Source: Macrostomum lignano (lineage: Eukaryota). Taken from it: 43,982 nucleotides of DNA. The stretch spans positions 1 to 43,982 of the forward strand of contig NIVC01004501.1 in the NCBI GenBank assembly GCA_002269645.1, given 5' to 3'. Position numbers and translations under genes: made by a program. Numbering within the stretch: the first letter of the stretch is position 1; each line of letters begins with the position of its first letter. Positions 35,713 through 43,982 of the stretch are shown one piece after another. Under the pieces are notes generated by a model. That model was not told the DNA's origin. It was given only the letters and a program-made list of their open reading frames with translations, and searched no databases.

Positions 35713-36270
35713 TCAGTTCCACAGCCTGCCAAAATCAACTCCGAAGGAGGAGTCGAAGACGCTGAATCCGACCTTTCTGCCCAGCTGGAAACCAGTGCCG
35801 AGCACCTTGATCGTCAGCGAGTCGTCCACGATCCCGATGGCGGACGAGACGCCCAGACCGAGGTTGACGTCGAAGGCGGACACGCGACCTCCAGCGAAGA
35901 CGAGCTTCGCCCCGTAACCGAGGCATGTCGGCCCGGCGAATGCCGACACCTCGGCGCCGAACACGGTGAAATCGATGGTGTCGAGCGGCGTCTCTCCAGA
36001 GTTGACCTTCATTAAGCCGGCTCCGATGAGGTACTCGATCTTCGGGCCGGTGTAATTCTTGGTCACATTCACCGCGGTCTCGATGAATCCGACCGTGTGT
36101 TCTTCAAATTTCTGCAGGCGACCTTCAACTGCTACGACGTAGACAGACGATGTGTAGTCCATAGAGTCGTAATCCGCTGCCGTCAGGATCTCGTCGACGC
36201 TGTACTCAACATCAGCATTCAGATTGTTTTCCAATTTTTCCTTGATTGTTGTCTCTAGGCCCGCAGTCAT
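35713..36270 (-). CDS. Uncharacterised 185-aa protein with acidic N-terminus and Gly-rich, beta-strand-like C-terminal half
   Basis: Clean ORF with a good start context (gttaccATGa) and GC-rich codons against AT-rich flanks. A probable 5' UTR intron spans 36516-36295 (AAG|GTAAGT ... ttttag|). No family recognised with confidence. Confidence 0.8.
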   Translation of the reverse strand: MTAGLETTIKEKLENNLNADVEYSVDEILTAADYDSMDYTSSVYVVAVEGRLQKFEEHTVGFIETAVNVTKNYTGPKIEYLIGAGLMKVNSGETPLDTIDFTVFGAEVSAFAGPTCLGYGAKLVFAGGRVSAFDVNLGLGVSSAIGIVDDSLTIKVLGTGFQLGRKVGFSVFDSSFGVDFGRLWN

Positions 36271-37077
36271 GGTAACTGGTTGGTTTTCGGATATCTAAAA
36301 TTGGAATTCGTCAGCATGGAGCAGCAAAGTCGGAAGGTGGTCCATTCGGTTGGTCACTTTAATTTGGGGTTTCTCAAGATACATTCCGGGTCAAGAAACG
36401 CACAATGCGTACACACTAAGCTGACAAATATCAGGCTGCAAGCACAACCGTTGTGTGCGTCCCTGCACAGGAATAGGGTTAACAAGATTAACAAGGTTAA
36501 AAAGATTTTAACTTACCTTATTTATGAAGGACCTTGGGGCTTAAGAAGTGTTTAAAGTTAACAGTTTTTTGTCGCATGGAATTTTATCTATTCGGTTTCG
36601 AATTTCCAGGGTATGATGAAAAATATAATCTGATGATGTGCATCTACAAGTTATAGTTTTATTTATACTGTCGGCTAGGCAAGTGGTACCACCCCCTGCC
36701 GTGCGCGAGCTACTATATGAGACTACAGGCTCAGCACAAGCACAATGATGCCAACTGGTTCTGCGCTGACAGACGCAGATTCAAGAGAATTTCCCAAGCA
36801 AACAATGCCGCGAGATGAGAGTCCACTGACCACGCGCTGAACAATAGGCCATGAGTGAAATTTACTGACCCTGGCGAAGTTGCTTGCTAGAAAGACGAGG
36901 GCTTTGCTTTTCATAGGAAACTCTGTTTTGCCAGGCATTTCGCTCAGGGCGTAAATGACACATTGCAGGTTGTTTACAAGAATCTGGACTACAAACTGCT
37001 CTTAAAATAACTCTGCAAATTATTTACAACCAAAGTGCCGCTCGAAAATGCAGGCTTAATCAGTGAGTTCATTACAG

Positions 37078-38212
37078 TGAGGCCTCTCCATTTCTTAGCT
37101 GTGATGTGTCTTCATTTTTGACCTGTGATATGTCTCCATTTCTTAGCTGTGATGTGTCTCCATTTCTTACCTGTGATGTGTCTCCATTTCTTAGCTGTGA
37201 TGTGTCTCCATTTCTTAGCTGTGATGTGTCTCCATTTCTTAGCTGTGATGTGTCTCCATTTCTTAGCTGTGATGTGTCTCCATTTCTTAGCTGTGATGTG
37301 TCTCCATTTCTTACCTGTGATGTGTCTCCATTTCTTAGCTGTGATGTGTCTCCATTTCTTAGCTGTGATGTGTCTCCATTTCTTACCTGTGATGTGTCTC
37401 CATTTCTTAGCTGTGATGTGTCTCCATTTCTTACCTGTGATGTGTCTCCATTTCTTACCTGTGATGTGTCTTCATTTTTGACCTGTGATGTGTCTCCATT
37501 TCTTACCTGTGATGTGCCTCCATTTCTCACCTGTGATGTGTCTTCATTTCTTACCTGTGATGTGTCTCCATTTCTTACCTGTGATGTGCCTCCATTTCTC
37601 ACCTGTGATGTGTCTTCATTTTTGACCTGTGATGTGCCTCCATTTCTGACCTGTGATGTGCCTCCATTTCTCACCTGTGATGTGTCTTCATTTTTGACCT
37701 GTGATATGTCTCCATTTCTTAGCTGTGATATGTCTCCATTTCTTAGCTGTGATATGTCTCCATTTCTTACCTGTGATGTGTCTCCATTTCTTACCTGTGA
37801 TGTGCCTCCATTTCTTACCTGTGATGTGCCTCCATTTCTCACCTGTGATGTGTCTCCATTTCTTACCTGTGATGTGTCTCCATTTCTGACCTGTGATGTG
37901 CCTCCATTTCTTACCTGTGATGTGCCTCCATTTCTCACCTGTGATGTGTCTTCATTTCTTACCTGTGATGTGTCTCCATTTCTTAGCTGTGATATGTCTC
38001 CATTTCTTACCTGTGATATGTCTCCATTTCTTACCTGTGATGTGTCTCCATTTCTTACCTGTGATGTGCCTCCATTTCTTACCTGTGATGTGCCTCCATT
38101 TCTTACCTGTGATGTGCCTCCATTTCTCACCTGTGATGTGTCTCCATTTCTTACCTGTGATGTGTCTCCATTTCTGACCTGTGATGTGCCTCCATTTCTG
38201 ACCTGTGATGTA
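37078..38212. repeat. 24-nt minisatellite (CCATTTCTTACCTGTGATGTGTCT), ~47 copies
   Basis: Direct inspection; explains the RNGDTSQV / FLTCDVSP ORFs. Confidence 0.97.
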
Positions 38213-38559
38213 TTTTAATTGATTGGTACCAACCAAGAAAACCCATCAAGACACCAAATATTGGCGCCCCCTAGGGTTGCGGCCCTCACCAGTTAAAATT
38301 ATTGCGTACACAACTGCATCTATCCCTAAAAATTTTGATGTCTGTCTGTCCCTCCGAATATTGATTCTCGATTTCTACATTATACCGTATACAGAAACAT
38401 ACCGGTTATAACCTGGGTCATTTTTTAAACTACTTTAAACAGTGCGAAAGTTAAAAAGTATGCCAAAAGTCAAGTGTACACGTACTTTATTTACTATAGC
38501 TGTTTACACCTGACTGGAGTTTGAACGAGCAAATTATAATTCGCGGGAGTGCTGCGGCA

Positions 38560-38700
38560 CACTGGTGCAACGCTTTAGGCCACTTGTGTACATTGTGCTG
38601 CTCGGGTGTACATGTACAGCGGCAATAACAATTCCTCGGCCCATTGTTTTCGTACGTGCACAAGCCTCAAATGAATGTGGCCGCGCAATATTGCATTTGC
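38560..38700 (-). mobile_element. Degenerate SINE fragment
   Basis: Shares gcacaagc..caaatgaatgtggc with 28240-28262, plus the gtgtaca motifs. Confidence 0.45.
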
Positions 38701-39047
38701 CGCTGAGATATGCGCTTAAGCTACTTTTAGTAGAGCGAAAAAGTTCTATTATTTATCCTATTATTTATGCTACCCGCAAATTAAGTGAAATTTTGAACAA
38801 ATGCAAATTTGCATCATTGAGAGAGCAGCAATTTAAATGACACATAGTGAGCAAATTTTAAATCAATAGAGTTCAATGCAGTTGAAGCACAGTTGAAGAA
38901 TATTTGACAAATACTAAAGTGCTACTTGTACACCAAATACTACTTAATTATAATCACAAATGATCTGGATAGCTCAGTAGGCACATGGATTTATTTTTGT
39001 GTAAGAAAAAAGACTTGGTGTACAGGGATGCGAAACGCACCCTCTAA

Positions 39048-39542
39048 AATGAACTGGGGCCCTCTCAAATGAACTGGCGCCCCCTCAAATGAACTGGGGC
39101 CCTCTCAAATGAACTGGCGCCCTCTCAAATGAACTGGCGCTCTCTCAAATGAGCTGGCGCCCTCTCAAATGAACTGGCGCTCTCTCAAATGAACTGGCGC
39201 CCTCTACAATGAACTGGCGCTCTCTCAAATGAGCTGGCGAGCTCTACAATGAACTGGCGCCCCCTCAAATGAACTGGCGCCCTCTACAATGAACTGGCGC
39301 TCTCTCAAATGAGCTGGCGAGCTCTACAATGAACTGGCGCCCCCTCAAATGAACTGGCGCCCTCTACAATGAACTGGCGCCCTCTACAATGAACTGGCGC
39401 CCCCTCAAATGAACTGGCGCCCTCTACAATGAACTGGCGCCCCCTCAAATGAACTGGCGCCCTCTACAATGAACTGGCGCCCTCTACAATGAACTGGCGC
39501 CCCCTCAAATGAACTGGCGCCCTCTACAATGAACTGGCGCTC
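39048..39542. repeat. 20-nt minisatellite (GAACTGGCGCCCTCTCAAAT)
   Basis: Direct inspection. Confidence 0.95.
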
Positions 39543-39630
39543 TCCCCACTGAAACTCCTACCTACACACTCAATGTAATGAAACGCGAACGGTTTAGCTT
39601 CGCACGCCACTGACTCCGATCAACTCGAGT

Positions 39631-41771
39631 TCAACTATCAGACGATCTCCAAGCCACTCGTCGAAAACCAGCGCAGCATCCGGCTGAAGCAGCCTCATCT
39701 TCGTCTACCTGCTGCTGCTGAGCACTGATGGAGCGGGTCAGCTGCACAGTGTTAGCCGGCCTCACGGGTGTCCGTCCCGATCGGCCATCGACCAGGAGCC
39801 GATGGCTGTAGGTCTTGTAGATGGCACGAATCAGCTGATTGAAAGCGGCTTCAACATTGGTGGTGTCCAGTGCGCTGGTCTCCAAGTAGGACAGGCCATT
39901 GTCGCTAGCAAAATTTGTTGCTTCAGTTGTTGTCACCTGGCGAGCGAATTCCTGGTCGACCTTGTTGCCAACCAGAATCACTATGGACTCTTCGCTGCTG
40001 TTCTGGCGAAGTTCGTCAAGCCAGTAGTTCAGGCTGTCGAAGGAGGCCCGGCTGGAGATTGAGAACACCAGGAGGGCACCCAGGCTGTCGCGGTAGAATG
40101 CCTTCGTCACCGCCCGGAACCGATCTTGGCCTGGGGGGGGGGAGGCGAGGTTAATTTCTGATCTTCTGATCTTTTGAGATTGACCTACGGTTTCATTGTT
40201 TGGTGGCAGTGGCGGATTCAGGATTTTTAAATTGGGGGGACGGATTGGCCCCAAAAAAAGCCCAAAACTAAAAAACTCCCCTCTTATATGCAAGTCCAGC
40301 CCCGGCAAAACAAAAGAGGGGGCGGCTGCCTCCTCCCCTGGATCTGCCACTGTTTGGTGGGAAGGATGGGAGAAGGGAGAGAGAGAAGGGGAGAGGGGGA
40401 AGGGAGAGAGGAAGGGAAGAGAGGGAAGAGAGAGAAGGAAGGGAGAGAGGGAAGGAAGAGAGAGGGAAGGGAGAGAGAGGGAAGGGAGAGAGAGGGAAGG
40501 GAGAGAGAGGGAAGGAGAGAGAGGAAGGGAGAGAGAGGGAAGGGAGAGAGAGAGGGAGAGAGAGGGAAGGGAGAGAGAGGGAAGAGAGAGAGGAAGGGAG
40601 AGAGAGGGAAGGAGAGAGGAAGGAAGAGAGAGGGAAGGAGAGAGAGGGAAGGGAGAGAGGGAAGGAAGAGAGAGGGAAGGGAGAGAGAGGGAAGGAGAGA
40701 GAGGAAGGGAGAGAGAGAGGGAAGGGAGAGAGGGAAGGGAGAGAGGAAAGGAAGAGAGAGGGAAGGGAGAGAGAGGGAAGGGAGAGAGAGAGAGAAGGGA
40801 GAGAGAGGAAAGGGAGAGAGGGAAGGGAGAGAGGGAAGGGAGAGAGAGGAAAGGGAGAGAGAGGAAAGGGAGAGAGAGGAAAGGGAGAGAGAGGAAAGGA
40901 AGAGGGAATGGAGAGAGGGAAGAGAGAAAGAGGAAAGGGAGAGAGAGGAAAGGGAGAGAGAGGAAAGGGAGAGAGAGGAAAGGGAGAGAGAGGAAAGGAA
41001 GAGGGAAGGGAGAGAGGGAAGAGAGAAAGAGGAAAGGGAGAGGGAAGGGAGAGACGGAAGGGAGAGAGAGGAAAGGGAGAGAGAGGAAAGGGAGAGAGAG
41101 GAAAGGGAGAGAGAGGAAAGGAAGAGGGAATGGAGAGAGGGAAGAGAGAAAGAGGAAAGGGAGAGAGAGGAAAGGGAGAGAGAGGAAAGGGAGAGAGAGG
41201 AAAGGGAGAGAGAGGAAAGGAAGAGGGAAGGGAGAGAGGGAAGAGAGAAAGAGGAAAGGGGAGGGAAGGGAGAGACGGAAGGGAGAGAGAGGGGAGAGAG
41301 AGGAAAGGGAGAGAGAGGAAAGGGAGAGAGAGGAAAGGAAGAGGGAAGGGAGAGAGGGAAGAGAGAAAGAGGAAAGGAAGAGGGAAGGGAGAGAGGGAAG
41401 AGAGAAAGAGGAAAGGGAGAGGGAAGGGAGAGACGGAAGGGAGAAGAGGAAGGAAAGGAAGAAAGTGCGATATAGGAGCAGAGGGCTTTAGGTTAGCCAG
41501 AAATGACTGTCAAGATACGTAAAAAAATTCGAATTCAAAAAGGCGCTTCACAAACACAAGAAAAGTACAGTGCAGACTCACCTGCAGTGTCCCAGATCTG
41601 ACAGCGCACAGTGCGGCCATCCACAGGCACAATTTTATTCGAGAACTCGACTCCTATAGTAGTCTGGCTTTCTATTCGGAATTCATTCTTAGTAAACCTG
41701 CTGATTAGATTCGTTTTACCAACGCCACTGCTGCCGATTACAATAATCTTAAATAAGCAATCGTATTCCAT
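39631..41771 (-). CDS. RAB11-like: Rab11-like small GTPase, divergent, 229 aa, 2 exons
   Basis: Exons 41771-41582 and 40130-39631 total 690 nt. G1 GSSGVGKT, G2 TTIGVEF, G3 WDTAGQD, G4 NKVD, G5 ETSAL. N-terminus [11 protein letters not shown] and a CC motif near the C-terminus. Confidence 0.93.
40207..40352. mobile_element. hAT-type MITE (146 bp) in the Rab intron
   Basis: TIRs CAGTGGCGGATTCAGG / CCTGGATCTGCCACTG match at 14/16. A perfect 8-bp TSD TTTGGTGG lies at 40199-40206 and 40353-40360. Confidence 0.9.
40361..41465. repeat. ~1.1-kb polypurine (GA-rich) array in the Rab intron
   Basis: Almost exclusively G and A on the plus strand; explains the REGRERK ORFs. Confidence 0.97.
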
Positions 41772-41999
41772 AGTGTTTTCTGCTATAAAGCTGTCGCTCT
41801 TGTTCTTTCTACGTCTCTCTTTTTGAGTCTTGGGACTCAATTTATAAAAATTAAAGTAGATGAAGAAAAAATATAATAGAAATGGAATGAATGCCCGTAC
41901 ACAGACTGCGCACTGCGGTCAGTGCGTTCAATGATAATTTTGCGGCGAAATAGAGGTTTGGCCAGCCATTGGCTGGGAAGGCCAGTTCTATTTTTAGAA

Positions 42000-42140
42000 A
42001 CTGAAGTGTACAGTTGTAGAGTTAATGAGCCAGGCTTATGTACATTTCTGTCTGGGCTGGGGGTGGGGTTGTGGTCTCACCGAGCGTGGATATTAGGGGG
42101 CTTTAGTCATGCCGGCGCAATTAGTTTAGGTCTCGGGACA
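42000..42140 (-). mobile_element. Degenerate SINE fragment
   Basis: gtgtacag...atgtacatttctgt...gggggt aligns loosely to 9744-9805. Confidence 0.35.
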
Positions 42141-42424
42141 CGCAGCAGGCGTGGCTTCTCGCTCGATTATGCTTCTTCAACACGGAAAAAATTCGCCGGA
42201 GAGGCTGAGATGACTCAACTCCCGAGACCGAGCTTTACCGTAATTTTAGTTGTGTGTAACTGATACAATTGCTTATTTTGCAGATTATGCAAATTATTTG
42301 TGCTGTGGCGCGCTGGTTAATACTGCTTTCATTGTGTTTGCCGCAAGGCTGTCTGGGTTTTGGAGTGCAATTCTTTATTGTGTCTCTGGAGTTGGTGCCT
42401 GAGTCACTAGCTAGGGGTTTCCGG

Positions 42425-42690
42425 GGTATTTAGAGAGGTGACAGGGTATTTAGAGAGATGACAGGGTATTTAGAGAGATGACAGGGTATTTAGAGAGATG
42501 ACAGGGTATTTAGAGAGATGACAGGGTATTTAGAGAGATGACAGGGTATTTAGAGAGATGACAGGGTATTTAGAGAGATGACAGGGTATTTAGAGAGATG
42601 ACAGGGTATTTAGAGAGATGACAGGGTATTTAGAGAGATGACAGGGTATTTAGAGAGATGACAGGGTATTTAGAGAATGGTGACAGAGTA
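42425..42690. repeat. 20-nt minisatellite (GGGTATTTAGAGAGATGACA)
   Basis: Direct inspection; nearly homogeneous units. Confidence 0.95.
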
Positions 42691-43334
42691 TTTAGCGAGC
42701 TCACGAATGCATACATTTGATTTAGAAATGAAATATATCTATACTCAGTTCTTTGCGCCATGCACTTCGCTTATAGAATAATTTCTTGTTTATTGATTTA
42801 TTGATCGAATCAACGAAAAACTTCGTTTGACATTTGATTGTATTTATTTAGTCGATGTATTTTACTCATTTTCCAGATTGCAAATTAAAATTGATTATAA
42901 TAAAACAGCAATAACTTTGCAGACTAGCTACGATAAAATGCTCGGTTTCTAATAAGCAAACGGTGCTTTGAAAAGCAAAAAAAGAGTCTGAAAAAACAAC
43001 TTCATTAAGATGGAATGCCTATTTTTATAGACTGAATCCAAATTGGAATGCTTATAGAGTACTGACTGACAGTAGCAAGGGAGCGCATTAGGCATATTTT
43101 TTTAATGATTAATAAATTCAGGATAAAAATTGCACATAAGGATCAACATGATGTACAAATAATGTCCAAAACAAATAAATAGCATTTGACTTTGGAGGAA
43201 GCATTGAACCTTCGAATTCAGCTGTGCACAACAGAGGGGCGGAAGCGCATGTACAAGCGTGGAATGCTTTTTATTAAACAAAAAGGTAAAGAAGAGGTCG
43301 CTATTTTTCTGCATAAATCGAATTTTTTTTCAGG

Positions 43335-43982
43335 CGCTAACTGATAACTATTAATGGCAAAATGTTATAACTATAAATCGCATCAATTATAGCTATATGA
43401 CGCCAACTGATAACTATTTATGGCGCCACTGATAACTATTTATGGCGCCACTGATAACTATTTATGGCGCCAACTGATAACTATTTATGGCGCCAACTGA
43501 TAACTATTTATGGCGCCAACTGATAACTATTTATGGCGCCAACTGATAACTATTAATGGCGCCAACTGATAACTATTTATGGCGCCAACTGATAACTATT
43601 TATGGCGCCTCTGATAACTATTTATGGCGCCAACTGATAACTATTTATGGCGCCAACTGATAACTATTTATGGCGCCAACTGATAACTATTTATGGCGTC
43701 AACTGATAACTATTTATGGCGCCAACTGATAACTATTTATGGCGCCAACTGATAACTATTTATGGCGCTACTGATAACTATTTATGGCGGCCAACTGATA
43801 ACTATTTATGGCGCTACTGATAACTATTTATGGCGCCAACTGATAACTATTTATGACGCCAACTGATAACTATTTATGGGTCAACTGATAACTATTTATG
43901 GCGCCAACTGATAACTATTTATGGCGCCACCTGATAACTATTTATGGCGCCAACTGATAACTATTTATGGCGCCAACTGATA
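43335..43982. repeat. 24-nt minisatellite (GGCGCCAACTGATAACTATTTAT-type) running off the window end
   Basis: Direct inspection. Confidence 0.95.

Noticed and set aside
36675-36820. Orphan plus-strand exon-like stretch KWYHPLPCASYYMRLQ...
   Set aside because: No upstream partner exon; the ankyrin gene already terminates at 33173.
37072-38236. 352- and 370-aa repeat ORFs (RNGDTSQV / FLTCDVSP)
   Set aside because: A 24-nt unit without stops gives ORFs in several frames on both strands; no unique flanking coding sequence.
39022-39611. Possible hAT element (CAGGGATGCGAAAC start) enclosing the 20-nt array
   Set aside because: Only a weak matching right end and no target-site duplication.
40196-41522. 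431-, 395- and 204-aa R/E/G/K-rich ORFs
   Set aside because: Translations of the GA-rich array plus MITE, antisense within the Rab intron; stop-free by composition.
34086-41771. Operon of co-oriented Rab, beta-rich protein and prepropeptide genes
   Set aside because: Spacers of ~3.1 kb and ~0.9 kb contain large repeats, and each gene has its own plausible 5' structure; co-orientation alone is weak evidence.
37078-43982. Regular short repeats as a possible CRISPR array
   Set aside because: Head-to-tail units with no unique spacers, no cas genes, and a spliceosomal eukaryotic context.

Overview
Eukaryotic (animal) genomic DNA. GC-rich, Ala/Gln-rich exons with GT-AG introns full of minisatellites suggest a free-living flatworm such as Macrostomum (inference only). 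I assembled the spliced genes by hand. In order: (1) TTLL6/13-type tubulin polyglutamylase (+, 49-10306, 12 exons, many 1-nt indels in the first 6 kb). (2) Intact stomatin/MEC-2-like gene (+, 12079-13706). (3) Intact SLC22 transporter (-, 20976-16349). (4) Disrupted secreted PAN + C-type lectin gene (+, 24479-25211). (5) Ankyrin-repeat gene of about 1050 aa with an internal duplication (+, 26518-33173). (6) A two-exon 98-aa prepropeptide only partly visible in the ORF track (-, 34844-34086). (7) An intronless-CDS Gly/beta-strand-rich orphan protein (-, 36270-35713). (8) A divergent Rab11-like GTPase (-, 41771-39631). Non-coding content includes more than 20 tandem arrays, about 9 copies of a probable tRNA-derived SINE and a hAT-type MITE with a perfect 8-bp TSD. 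There is also a very dense SRF/ETS/MEF2/AP-1 promoter module pointing into an ATG-free leader packed with splice acceptors. The best leads for new biology are the prepropeptide, the promoter with its acceptor array, and the beta-rich orphan.
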